Of a stretch of DNA of 64,000 bases, positions 1 to 12,892 are shown piece after piece. Origin of the DNA: Deltaproteobacteria bacterium (GTDB lineage Bacteria; CG2-30-53-67). Position numbers and translations under genes: made by a program. How positions within the stretch are numbered: position 1 is the first letter of the stretch; every line of letters begins with the position of its first letter. The stretch spans positions 1 through 64,000 of the forward strand of contig JAADIO010000008.1 in the NCBI GenBank assembly GCA_013151235.1, read 5' to 3'. The notes below the pieces were generated by a model, which made no database searches, was not told the origin of the DNA, and was given only the letters and a program-made list of their open reading frames with translations.

Positions 1-3000
1 CGGGATTCCAGGCATAGATCTCCGTTTTGCCCGCCGTTTCGCCCTGACTGACTCTCGGCGGCTGGGTCTGTTGGACGAGGCGGTTGAGGGCGTCGTAAGA
101 AAATGTGGTGGCGTTGCCGTCAGCGTCGGTGATGGAGGTGAGATTGCCTGCGGCGTCGTAGCCGTAGTCGGTTTCATACTTCGGAATGCTGTTGGCGTCA
201 TCGGCGATGTATTGGGTGACCATGGTCAGGCGGCCGAGTTTGTCGTAGCCCCGCTCGGTGACGTTGCCTTCGGGGTCGGTGATGCGGGAAGGCTCGCTTC
301 CCTGTGAGCCGCTGCAACCGCACCCCGTAGGGGCCTCGTAGCCGTACGTGGTTGCGGGGTTGTCGGTATCGTCGAGGGGGGTGTTGTCGGGATAGATCTC
401 CTTGATCTTGCGGTTGCGGTTGTCGTATTCGTATTTCACGGGGTTCCCGGCAAGGGTCACGACGGGCAGTCCCGTGGCCGGGTCGTAGGTCGGGTTGCCG
501 TTGCCGTCGAATACGGCCTGGCCGTTTTCCCGGTAGACGAGGTTTCCTCGATGGTCATACCCCATGAGGGTGACCAGACCGTCATGGTCCATGGTGGAGG
601 TAATGCGACCCTTGAAGTCGTAGGTCAGCCGGGTGACATGATTCTCCGGGTCGGTGATCTTGGTGACCCGGCCTGCCGTGTCGTAGTCGTAGGTGGTTAC
701 GGAGTCCCCCTGAGCGGTCTTCACAGTCATGATCGTCCGGTGGTCATGAAGATCATAACCGTATTCGGTCCGGACTCCTTCGGCGTCGATCGTTGCGGTC
801 AGCCGGTCCAGTGTATCGTATTCAAAGGTGGTGATCCTGCCGCCGGGCTCGGTGACGCGGACGAGGTTGCCGAGGGCATCGTAGTCGTTGTCCTTGACGA
901 TGAAATCATCGGTCCCGTCGTTTGGGTCGGCCTCATTGGTGACGGTGTCCACTTCTCCGTCGGGGGTATAGGTATAGCGGGTGATATGACCCAGGGCGTC
1001 GGTGACGGTTTCGAGCTTGCCATCGGTGTAATAGGTGTAGAAAGTGGTATCACCCAGGGGATCCGTCTCTGAGCGGAGCCAACCTTCGTCGGTGTAGGTG
1101 TAGTAGGTCTTGTTCCCTTCCGGGTCGGTCTTGACGGTCACATGCCGGAATTCGTCCAGGGTCTCGATGGTCTGGTAACCCGCTTCGTTGAGGGTGGTGC
1201 GGGTCTTTGGGACCTTGAGGCCGGCACGATTGTTATAGGTATAGACGATCCGCTTCACCGGAACGCCGTTTCGGCTGTCGGAGAGGACCCGTCCCGTTTC
1301 GTCATAGGTGATCTCCCGGATGTTGCCGTCCGAATCGCTGGTGTAGGAACTGCCGTTCTTCCAGTCGTAGTAGAAGTTCTTTACGTACAGATCCGGATCA
1401 GTGATAGACGCCACCACGTTATTTTCATTATAAGTGATCGTATAGGTATAACCGCCGGGTACGGTCTTCTGCTGCAGTCCGTGCTCGGCGCTGTAATCAC
1501 CGAATGTGTACAGGGTGATCGGGTTCGATGGATCTCTCTGATCGATAATCTTCCACAAATCACCGGACGGCATGTATTGATATTCAAATGACCGGCCGTA
1601 GAGATCGGTGACCCCGGTGATATGGCCGTTGGCGTCCGTGGTAAAGGTCAGAACCTCACGCCCATCCTCGTCCGTGATGGAGGCCGGGAAACCATTTGTG
1701 TCGTAATTGACCGACCGCTCCCGCCCCTGACGGTTACGTACCACCACGAGCTTGCCCTGGGGATTGAAGAGACGGGTCTCTCCTCCCCGCTTTTCGATTT
1801 CATAACCCGTGGCTGTTTTCCGGGCTATGAGTCCGAGATCGTTTCGCGGAAGGAAGTTGCCGTCCGATCCCACGTCGAAGGTGATGGTCCGGTGTTCCAG
1901 GTTGTAAATGAGCTTCCCCGTTGTTGCATCGAGATCGACCCACTGGAACCAGTCGGAGAACCAGTTGTATCCGAAGGGGCCGTTGACGGCCGTCCCGAAT
2001 TTCCAGGTGCCTCCGGCGTCCATGTCCTGAACGAGCCGATTGGAGCGGTAGGTGAGTCCGAGGCCGATCTCATCGCCGCTCGATGTCTTGACCCGGAGTT
2101 CTTCCTTCACGTCAAAGGTGTACGCCCCGGAGGTCATGTAGACGACGGAACCCGTGCATTCCCCACTGCCGGGGGTCCCCTTGGTGCCCGTATCGCTTCC
2201 TCCCGGAGGCGGAGGCAAAGCACATTGACTGGTGCCCGTGATGGAATGGGTTTCGCTGCAGCCGTTACAGGTTTGATGACCCTGGACTCTCCCACCACTC
2301 CCCTGAATACGCCTGCTCGTACCGCCGCCGCCTCCACCGCCCACGCTTATACCGCCGTTACATCCGCCGGTTCCCACCGAAAAGCCCGCCGATCCGGCGC
2401 CGGTCCTTTCGTTCGTCGATCCGGGACAGATAACATATTTATAGGAGATCGAACCGCCGGTGGTGCAGCCCCCGCCTCCCCCGTAACCGGTGATTTCGGA
2501 GAGCAAAGGATCGTCATCGGCGGAGAGGGCGGCTAAAGTTTGCAGTTCCGTAGAAGGTGTGTCCGAAAGCCATGTGATCTTGAAAGGCAGGGTATAGCTC
2601 TCCATGGCCTCCAACCGATCGGGCAGGGTCCCCAGGATCTCGAAGGACATGTTCTGCAGGGAAGGCGGCGGGGTTAAGGTCACGTCCTCCGCCGCAATGA
2701 GACCGTGGTTCGTCACCTTGTATTCACCGTAGAAGACCTGGTCCTTCTCCAGCCGCGGCAGATTGACAAAGGAGGGTTCCACGACCACAACGGGCGCAGG
2801 GACATCGGCCACAAAGGTGGTGTTGATCTTGATCTCATAGCGGTCTTCAATCACGATGGGGACGACCTCCCATTCAATCGTGACGAAGACATTCTCGATA
2901 ATCACCTCGACCGGCGTGGTGTCGCCGGGCCGAACCTCGAAAGAGCCCATCCAGGAATTGTGTCCCGGCGCGGTGACGGTGTAGTTGTAACGGCCGGTGG

Positions 3001-6000
3001 GAAGATCCGTAAAAGTTACTGATCCGTTGACGTCGGTCTTGGCATCGGAAAGGAGGGTAAGGACGCTGCTGTTCTGGACGGTCACCGTTGCCCCCTCGAC
3101 ATTATCATAGAGACTGTCGGTGACGGAGAACTGGACGTTGCCTGTTGTCGATGAGGTGACGGTCGCCTGAATATAGTAGGTGTAGGGGGGATGGTTGTCC
3201 GCCGTGACGGTAAAGAAATCGGTATAGATCCCTTCCGCCGTCCCCTCGGGAGGCGAAACAACGATCCCAAGGTTGAAGGAAGCACCCGGAGCTACATTTC
3301 CGATCAATCGACTCCGGTCGAAGCCGATCCAGGGAATGGTGAGCCCCTGGATTTGCGCATTTTGCAGGGTCTGGTAGCCTTCGTTGATGAAGGTCACCGA
3401 CCGAACGACATGTTCACCGGGATGGACATAGGCATCGGTAAAGGAGGGAGAGGACGAAAGATAGGGCTGGGCGTTGTAAAGAAGCAATTCAATCTGCATG
3501 GAGGCCTGTGCGCCTTGATCGGTGGTCGCCGTGACCGTGACCANNNNNNNNNNNNNNNNNNNNNNNNNNNNNNNNNNNNNNNNNNNNNNNNNNNNNNNNN
3601 NNNNNNNNNNNNNNNNNNNNNNNNNNCCGTGATCTCCGGATCGGAACCTACGACCGTATAGGTCAGGTTGTTCAGGTCGGTCTCTCCGGGGTTGCTGAGC
3701 TTGATCGGGACGACGATGGAACCGTTCTTGCTCATCTGCCAGGTCTCAATGGAGGGAGAAATCACAAAACTGGAGATCGTAAAGGTATCCTGGACATAGT
3801 GATCGTAGATGTCGGGATGGGCGCCCCAGACCGTATAGACACCGGCCTCGTTGGGGCGCGGCACAAACATCACCTGATAATTCCCGGAAGCGTCGGTGGT
3901 GGCCGTGAGGTAGCGGACGAATCCCTGGACCGAAACCCCGACCTTGACCGGCACATAGGGCATGGGCTGACCCGTGGTGTTGCTTACAGCCAGACCGGTG
4001 ATCAGCACCGGGTCGGTTTTGAAGAGGGTTTTGTTTCCCGCAACCTGGGCGGACACCGAATAACTGGTGTCGGAGAGGAAGACCTCCTGCTCCCGGGCCG
4101 GTCCTGGGGCCTGGACCTGGTTGCTCCCGTTATAGTCGTAATAGATGTTTGCAATGTTCGCACTCAGTTTAACAAGATTGGGGGAGGCCGAGGGAACGAC
4201 AAATTGAATGGGGGCCAGTGTCAGGCTCTTCCCGGGCTGTATGGCCGCCACAATCACATGGTTGGATTTAAGGATGAATTCCGGCCCGCCGAGGGACTGT
4301 TTCAGGGCGCCGGTCGCCAGGATGTTTCCGTCTACATCGACAAGATCAACGCGAATATCAGGTGAGGGTTTCGCTCCGTCCTGTTCGGCTGTGACGATTT
4401 GAATGGGAATGTCACCGTTGTTTGATACCTTGAGCTGTACGGAAGCCTGCCCACCTCGAAGCAGCGGATCGTTCAGGATCTCCACGGTAACGTCCGCATC
4501 CGTCAGACCGACTGTGGAGACGGTCTCCAGTCGGACGGTACTACCGGGTTCGGGCCGCCCCACCAGGGCCAGATCGACGGTCTCCTGTGAGGCGGCGGAA
4601 TCGGGCACCGCCACAACCTTCGCCACGGTCAACTGTGAACCGGCGGGAACGGGACTGGAAAGCGGGATATGATTCGTCACGCCGTCTGTCCCCACGGTGA
4701 CTTCAAGTTCATTGAAGGTCCAATCCTGAGATTCATGATTCAGAATCGAGACATTAAGCCTGGAAAGGGACCCGCGCCGCAGGACCTGGCCGGATGCGAG
4801 GGAGACGGAGACATCGGGCAGGGTCACTTCCCGGACCGGGCTTTCATTGGTTCCATCGGTTACGGAGACTCCGTAGATCACTGAGCCGCCGGTGTAATAA
4901 TTATCCAGATAGGGGCCCCCTGCCAGCGGCGTGGTAGTAACCTTGACGCCGTTTCTGTAGACGAAATAGCTCATGCCCGTGCTCACCGCCCAATCGAGGC
5001 GGACTTCTCCCAGGGAGGTGTGCGTCACGGTCAGTTGAGACACCGGCGGCAGGGTGACGCCGATCTGGGCCGTGGTGGGAGCGCTTTCATTCCCCACGGC
5101 ATCCACGGCCGTGACACCGTAGGTATTGGGCCCGGCGGCAGGCATGTTGTCGATCAGCGTGAGGGACGCGGTCTCACCAATCAGCCGACTGACCCCCGGA
5201 ACGATCGTACCTGTTGCATCCTGGTAAAGCCTGTAGGCTACGACATCGGCATCCACCGAAGCATCCCAGGCCGCCTTGATGCCGCTTCCCTGCTCCGTTA
5301 GGGTGAGTGTGGCCGGGGCGGCAGGCGGTGTGGAATCGAGGGTGACCGGGACCTCAACCGACGACAGGCCGGGGTCCCCCTCCAGGTCGATCCCTTCCAC
5401 ACTGTAGTAATAGGTATCTTCATACGGAGGGACGTCCTTATATGTTGTCGAGTTCACACCACCGATAACGAGGACCGCTTCCGAGGGGAGCTGGGCGGCC
5501 GTCCGGCGGTAGATATCATACCCCCCCACGGCGCCGTTCACTTGCGTCCAGTTCAGATCCACCTGCCCTCCGGCCAGGGCCACTGCGGTGAGTACCGGAG
5601 CATCCAATGGCGGCAGCTGCTTGTTATAGATGACGAAGGTCTCCCCCTCGGTGATCACGGTATCGGTGTTGCCGACCAGGTCCGTGGCGGAGAGGATAAA
5701 GAGACATTGGCCGTTCTCCAGGCCTCCCAGCATGGAAAGAGTAAAGGTCTGCGCGCCGGTCCAGGACCCGTCAATCTGCCGGGTCAAGGCTATGGAGGAA
5801 ACAGTGCCGTCGGGCGTGTTGAGGTCGAGGAGCGGGGTCCCGGAAACGATTTCATCAAACTGAACCGTGACTCCGACATTCACGTTTGTCTTCACGCTGA
5901 AAGGCGCCGCCGACGAGAGTGAAATCGTGGCCCTGGGACCCTGGTGATCAACAAATACCGTGGTCTCGCCGGTGGCAACGGTACTCCGGTTCCCCACGTA

Positions 6001-9000
6001 ATCCTTGCCGGAATAGGTGATGGCCGCCGGGCCGTGCGGGGTCTGACCGTCCACGGTGAAGGTCCCGGTCCATGTGTTGGAGCCTGCGGCCTTCATGGCG
6101 ATGGGAATGGGTGTACTGCCCGCCGGAATCACACTCACAAAGGGAAGTTCCGCCAAGTCTTCCGCGGCATTGACGGTGATGGTCACGTTCCCGCTGATCA
6201 ACCGGTCCGGATCGACACTGATTGTTGCCGCAGGAGGCAAACGGTCGCCTGCGAGGGAGACGACGTTAGAGATAGGGCTTTCGTTTCCGGTCCCGTCCAC
6301 GGATGTCACCGCATAGTAATAAAGGTCGTCATCCGCAGGCAGGTAATCGGTGTCGGCCACGGTGATAGCGCTGCTCACGGCCGTGACACCCGGATCCGAA
6401 GGAGATGTGAAACCGGCAGCGGACTGATAAAGGACGTAATGATCCGGAACTTCGCCCGTTGGTGGAGACCATTGGAAGTGGATCACGCCGCCTGCCTGAG
6501 CTCCGGCGGTCAACGAAAGAGGCGCACCGGGCGCACCGGTATCGAGGGTGACATAGAACGGCATCGAAGGTGCGCTGTCCCCTCGCCGGTCCGTAGCAAT
6601 GGCCTTCAGCTCATTACTCCCTTCAGAAATGATCACATCCGGAAAGCTGAACTGTTTTGAACTTTTCACGACAGCTATCGAATCCCACAAAACGCCGTTG
6701 ACCAGAAGGGTGATGATCTGCGCCTCTTCGGCGGTCCCGTCCACCGACGTCAGCGTGGGCGTTGAGACCGTGCCGCTCGGAACCGTGCCGGTCAGGACGG
6801 GGGGATCAGGCTGGGCGCCGCTGACGACGATTCCGTAGCTATAGACCGCTTGGTTCCCGGCGGCATCGAAAGTCGTGATCTCGACGGTGTGGTTCCCATC
6901 CGCGTAAATGAGGTACGGCAGACCGATATTGTAGAAGGCGGCGGCGGTATTGGTGGCGCTGGTCGCAAGATTGGTCCCGTCCACACCGATGGCTACCGAT
7001 GCAACGGCGCTTTCGGTATCGGCCACCGTCACGTTGATATTGTAGGGCTGATCAATCACCTGTCCGTCGGTGATATTGATGGAACTGATTTCCGGCGGGG
7101 TCGTATCACTTCTCGGAGCGGCGGAGACCGGTATGACGGTCTTTCGTTCACCGCCGCTGATGTTCACCGTGGTGACGGCGAAATCATATTGCTGACCGTT
7201 GGTCAGGCCCGTAATCACGGCCTGGCCACCCATGCCGCTAACCGAAACCGTAGCAGCCGGGGTGAGACCGGTCACATCGCTGATCGGGTTGACGTCGTAG
7301 TAGACATTGTAGTGATCCACATAACCGAGCAGGCTGCTCGGCAGATCATCCCATGTCAGCGTCACCTGCCCGCTTGCCGGCGTTACGGCAAGATTGGCCG
7401 GATTCCTGAGCAGGGTCACGGGCTGGATGACGGCGCCGTTGCTTTCATTCCCATCCTGGTCGGTCAGCGTGATCCGGAAGGTATACTGTGTTTCATCGGA
7501 CAGTCCCGGTTTGGTGTAGGTATTATCACCCAGAGGAACCGGCGTTCCCGAATCGTAACCGGTGCCGTCATTGAAGTAGAGGGTCTGCCCGGCCACATCC
7601 GGTTCCGTGGTGTTTCCGGTCCAGCCGAGAGTCACGGTATTGACCCGGCTGCCGTCTTCGGTGACGGACAGAACGGAGAGCGCTGTCACTTCCGCCGGGG
7701 CCTGGGTATCCATCGGGGTACCCGGTTTGGAGGTAACCGCCGGATCAAAGTGACCCATGTCATCAAAGGGAACCACCGCGAAATAATAGGTCTGCCCCTT
7801 GGTGAGTCCACCAACGGATGCGGTCTGTGTCCCGGCATTGACGGTCTGAACCGTGTTTAAGCCACTCACCGTGTTAAAGCTCGACAATTCTTTATATATC
7901 TGATAGAAGGCCACATCCGTTTCGGTATAACCGGCCCAGGAAAGATGGACGGTGCTTCCGTCTCCATTTTCGTCTACCTGGAACAGATTGAGCGGGATCG
8001 GTTGCGGTGCAGAGCCATCATAGTCGATGGTGACACTCCTGGTTACAGAGTTGCCCGCGGTGTCCACCGCAGTGAATGTAAATTGATTCGGCCCGTCACT
8101 CATAGCAGGTGTGTCGTAGGACCAGGCCCCATCGGGGTTCACCGTAATCGATGTGGCCACATTGACGGTCAGCGCGGCAGCGGCCTCCGTCGTACCACTG
8201 ATCGTTTGCGTATTGACATCCGTCGGACTGGTTACCGGATTAATGGTCAGGGAAGGCGGAATCGTATCCAGCGTGACGTTGTAGGTCAGTGCACCGCTTG
8301 CATTGCCCGCCGCATCCCGGCTCGTGATGATCAGGCTCTGCGCTCCCTCATTCAGCCGGTAACTCACGGACCAGGCGGTATTCACACTGGGCGGAACCAT
8401 CTGGGCCCCGTTGATCCGGATATCGGAATAGGCCTCCTTGGTCCCGGAGAGGGGCAACATGGTCGTGCCGGTCAGAGCGGGAACGGGGACATCTACCGTG
8501 GGGTCGGCCGGCGGAACCGTATCGAGTTCAAAAGAATAGGAGTTCGCAAGGAGCATGCTGTTATGATCAAGACCACGGGCGCCGGAAACGGACAGATGAT
8601 AGGTGCCGTTTTGCATGGCCGGCGTAAAGGTATAGGTCCCCTGCCAAGTGTCGGTGTCGAGCCAGGCGCCGTCGGTAATGGTATATGGAACAGCGTTCGG
8701 ATCGATCACGGAAACGGCGGGCAAAATCGAAGGATCCATCGGTTCGGAGAAGTCGAGGGTGTATGTCACGGTCTCCGCCTTCACAGGGGAGGCGGGTGAA
8801 AGCTGTGTGAATGTAATAAAGGGGGCTTGAAAGTCCGTGGGGACGGCAAGGCGAAGGTCCGGCTCCCGGGACGACGAGCGGATATTATCCACAATCATAT
8901 CGCAGGACGCATTGATTCCTTCCGCACCGAAGACCAGGCCCGTGGCTCCGGTGAGATCCACCGGCGTTATACTATCGGCTTCCGAAACACCGTTTACATA

Positions 9001-12000
9001 GAGGAATGAACCTCCGGCGCCGTAGGTTACGGCAACCTGGTACCAGGCTCCCGGCACCAGGACCGTCGATGAAAGGATCTGCGTTCCATTGATGTCGAGC
9101 ATGAGGGTTCCGGATTGGATATCGAGCGTCACGGGGGTTCCGGCGCCGTCGATGATGCTCAGGATGCGGCCGTCCGTTTCGTACCAGAGGAAATGGAATT
9201 CCAGGGTCCCCGCTGCGGCATGGATTACCGCCGGATCATAATCGACCCGGTCCGTCCCGGTGAGCGATAGTCCCTGGCCCTGATAACCGTAGTCGAAGAG
9301 ACCGCCGGTAATCACGCCCAGGGAGGATCCTTCCAGGGAATCATTCAGCAGGGTGGTGACACGGTCCACGATAAAGGTGTGCGACGTATCGGGAGCCATG
9401 ACGTTTCCAGCCCAATCCGTAGCCTGAGAAAAAGAGAGTGTATATGTGTCGTCGGCAACCGTCCCCGAATAGGTCCCCTCCCAGGTCCGGGCATCGAGCC
9501 ACACGCCGCTTAAGACATAGATGTCGTAAGGAGCAGCCGTACCGAAGGTGACGACCGGCGAGACACCGGTATCCATGTCTTCGTTGAAGGTCGCCGCTAC
9601 GGTTAAGACATTCGAGGCCTTGTCATCCGTAATTGTAATATTATATGTTGATAAGGTAGTTGAAGCAGATATTGTTGCAGTAAAATTGGTCGCATCATAA
9701 GAATCATCTGCTTTGGGAGCAATCACAAAATCCACTGGATCACCCAAATTTACGGGAACCGTTATTGCGTAGTTGAACCCCACAGAATCGTTGTAGGAAA
9801 CCGATTGAGTCCAAACGACAGATCCATTAACTATGATAGAACCGATGATTCCATCTCCACCAACAATTGCATCAGCTCTTTTGGCAATATGGCCGAAAAT
9901 ATTGATATTACCATTAACATTACTCAACCATCGTCGGATTGCCCAATGCTCCTGTCCATTATTTATGCCGTTCGGATGCCCCCCACCTGCAAATAGACTA
10001 GTCCAAGGCGGGTTACCGTTATACCAATTCCACACTATTCCATTCCAATAATCATTTGGACTTGTCCCAGGACCATCATCGTCTGGGAAAAGGGTAAAAT
10101 CGCCGGGTTGATATATACCATCACTATCCACAGTCTTATTATAATAACCATATTCCCAATTATCTTGGCCCTGGACGCCGGAAAATCCTGATACAGAATC
10201 GGTAATTGCAGTATTAGAAAATATTTTTGCTGTAAAATTGGTTGAATCATAATTTTCCGTTGCATTTGGAGCAATAGCAAAATCAACTGTTGCACCAACA
10301 GTGACCGGAAATTTAATCAAATAATTAATGCCCGTTGAATCATTATAAGCTACAGGGAAGGAAAATTTCTCCACACCGTTTACAAAAATATAACCTACCG
10401 TCCCATCTCCACCGGCTGTCGCGAGAGGATTCTTTGCCAACACTCCATAAATAGTCACATCCCCTTCATAGTCACTTATCCAACGTTTCATTGCCCAAAG
10501 TTCATTACCTGATTGAACACTATTGGGATGAAATACCTCAGAATATAATTCCACATACGGTGGCTTGACGTACCAGCCCCAGAATTCTTCCAGATTATTC
10601 CAGAAGTCCGTTGAGTTTACGCCGGGTCCGTCATCATCTGGAAAAAGAGTAAAATCTCCCTGTTGGAATATACCATCACTATCACCTGTCTTATTATAAT
10701 AGCCATACTCCAAATTATCCTGACCCTGGACGCCGGAAAATTCTCTGACTGAATCAGCAAGCAAATCGCTGGAATCAACTTGAAAGGTCCAATTCAATAT
10801 ATCATGATTTTCCCATTGACCTCCTGTGCCACCGGTAAAGCCAACCCATGCTAAATCGCTTTGCAAATTCAGCAGGGTTTCCAAGTCGAGACTCACAGAC
10901 AGCACCGGTGTGGAAAGATCATCGATATAGATATCTATGTTTCCACGGTTGTATGATATTTTCACAGAATGGATATTCCCGTCAGACAAGTTCGGAATGT
11001 TGGATGCACATCCCAAAGCGGCAGACTGATCCTGGCTGTTGGGTGCTACCCCCATTGATTGTACGCAAATATGGTTATCATCAGAATCCCAACTGCTGTT
11101 CAGAAAAGTATCAAACTCAACGGCAAGACTAGCCGGGATATTCTTATACCCCAGTCCCCCACCATTTCCACCTAATGCTGCTGCACTATCATTTTGAATC
11201 ACAAATGCAAATCCATCGGCACCACTATTCGTGGGAGTAATTTGAAAATCAAAAGTGGTATCAAACCCCTTCTGAACCAGTTGCTTGTTTTGATACCAAA
11301 ACGCACCTGCTTGATAACCTGTATTTGTGAGTCGTATTTTGTTATTATATTGGGTAGCACTTCCGGCCAAAGATAAATCTGTAGTGTCAGAAAAATCCAG
11401 AAAGTTAATATCCGGAATATGTTTTTCAAAAGTAATGCCTGCTAACATTAAGTGAGAGACAGAATCGGATCCATGATCAACGATTTCGATAGAAGTTATT
11501 GAATCATTCCAAAAAGAATGGGGTAAATCCACACCCAGCATATCAAGCCGGCCTTCTACACCATTCACGTCATGTTGGGTTACAAATACAGGAACGCTGT
11601 TGGAATCGGTCACAGCATTGGCATTCCCAGCCTGGTTCCAGTCCCGAATATTAAACCCGGTAATCAAATCAACCGTATACAACTGACCACGTAGCGTTCG
11701 AAAAGTAATACTCCCTGCCCTGAATGGTGTACGTCCCCAAAATGTATTCAAAAGAAGATAGACTTTCTGAACATTGTTTGCAGAGGTAGTTATTGAGATT
11801 GTATTTCCATTCGTATTAATCCATGAATCCGAAAAACAAAAAAAATCACTCCCGCTGGCTGGAATATCAAAAGGAATACCTCCCAATGGACTCACAGGTG
11901 AAGATAGATAGTAATTAGAAAGTTGTTCATTAAAAAGACCTCTCAAATCCACTGTTGAATATGAGCTATAAGCTTTTGGTTCAGTCTCCATCGTCACGCC

Positions 12001-12666
12001 GGCCAACCGGATATGGGAATAATTGTCCGAACCGTTATCCGTGACCGTAATGGAAGTGACCGTATCCCCGATAAAAGAAGCGGGCAGTGCGACTTTCAGC
12101 ATATCGATCCGGCCTGGCAGATTATACTTACCGGAAGTTACTTCAAAGACGGGGGTACTATTCGGGTCGGAAACAGTGTTCACGAAGGTACCGTTATTCC
12201 AGTCCCGGATATTTACTCCACCGACAAGGTTAATTGTGTAAGACTGCCCCCCCTGGGTTGTAAATGTGACACTCCCGGCGGCAAAATTAGAGACACCCCA
12301 ATTGGAGTTGACAAGCAAATAAGCCGTTGTTGCATCCGGTGCATTCGTACTTAATGTCAGGCTATTTCCGTTTGTTGTGATCCAAATATCGGAAAAGCTA
12401 AATACATCGTTCCCGGTGGTGGGAATATCAAAGGGGACACCTCCGAGAGGACTGGGTGGTTTCGACAGATAATCGCTGATCAGTTGTGCATTGGCGGCAC
12501 TGCTGATATCCGTGGTGATGTAAGTGGCGCTTGCTTCCTGGAATGTGACCAACCATAACGCCAGGAAAACAAAGAGCATGCACTTCATCTTAATGTTCTT
12601 GACAGCGGTGTGCCTCATAAGGTCCCTCATGGGTTTGGTTGTTTTGATGGTCTCCAATGATTCCAA
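1..12666 (-). CDS. Giant secreted lectin/LamG/Ig/FN3 adhesin fused to an RHS/YD-repeat core (>4200 aa, C-terminus beyond the left edge, interrupted by an N gap)
   Basis: The track ORF from 12666 has a signal peptide (MKCMLFVFLALWLVTFQEASA, ATG at 12588), a legume-lectin motif (GADGFAFVIQ...LAVEFDTF), LamG (WYQVAVTY) and many FN3/Ig repeats. My translation below the gap (codons from 3541) stays open to base 1: Ig/carboxypeptidase-regulatory-like domains, a Gly/Cys linker, GPFGYNW (DUF6531-like), then YD repeats such as YGYDAAGNLTSITDADGNATTFSYDALNRL. Continuity across the gap is inferred. Confidence 0.85.
3544..3626. other. Assembly gap (83 N)
   Basis: Run of N; reading frames on the two sides are out of phase, consistent with an estimated gap length. 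Confidence 0.99.
9665..10760 (-). repeat. Intragenic tandem duplication of a ~180-aa domain (DSV..FSGVQGQDN.EYGYYNKT.DSDGI.Q.GDFTLFPDDDGPG)
   Basis: Clearly homologous DNA at ~10080-10200 and ~10630-10750; protein repeat visible in the ORF. Confidence 0.9.
11425..12525 (-). repeat. Intragenic tandem duplication of a ~180-aa N-terminal domain (SPLGG.PFDIP...NIRDWN...GR.DML.V.LP)
   Basis: Two homologous copies follow the signal peptide. Confidence 0.85.
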
Positions 12667-12760
12667 GGGCTCTCTTCCTTGTCGTAGATCCCGCTGAACT
12701 TACGGGGATGAGCAAGGGCAGGGTTGAGGTTGAGCAATGCTGCAAATTCAGTCTGTTACA

Positions 12761-12860
12761 ACCCCCTCCCCTTTATCCCCTCCCACCAGGGGAGGGGAAA
12801 ATGGTGATCCCCTTGAGCGGATCGATGTGCTCTCCCTCCTCTCCCGCATGGGAGAGAAAA
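12761..12860. repeat. REP-like palindromic element (CCCCTCCC-ACCA-GGGGAGGGG and CTCTCCC-GCAT-GGGAGAG)
   Basis: Two GC-rich hairpins in the intergenic region; a similar element lies at ~24199-24237. Confidence 0.6.
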
Positions 12861-12892
12861 TATGACTTTTCAGGGTTCCGACCGTTGCGTTG

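Noticed and set aside
3394-3543. Stop at 3394 ending the 3090-aa ORF in the track
   Set aside because: Artefact of the N-gap length; another frame below the gap is open to base 1 and encodes coherent Ig and YD repeats
71-8830. Many plus-strand ORFs opposite the giant gene
   Set aside because: Antisense shadows of a GC-rich coding strand with no recognisable motifs
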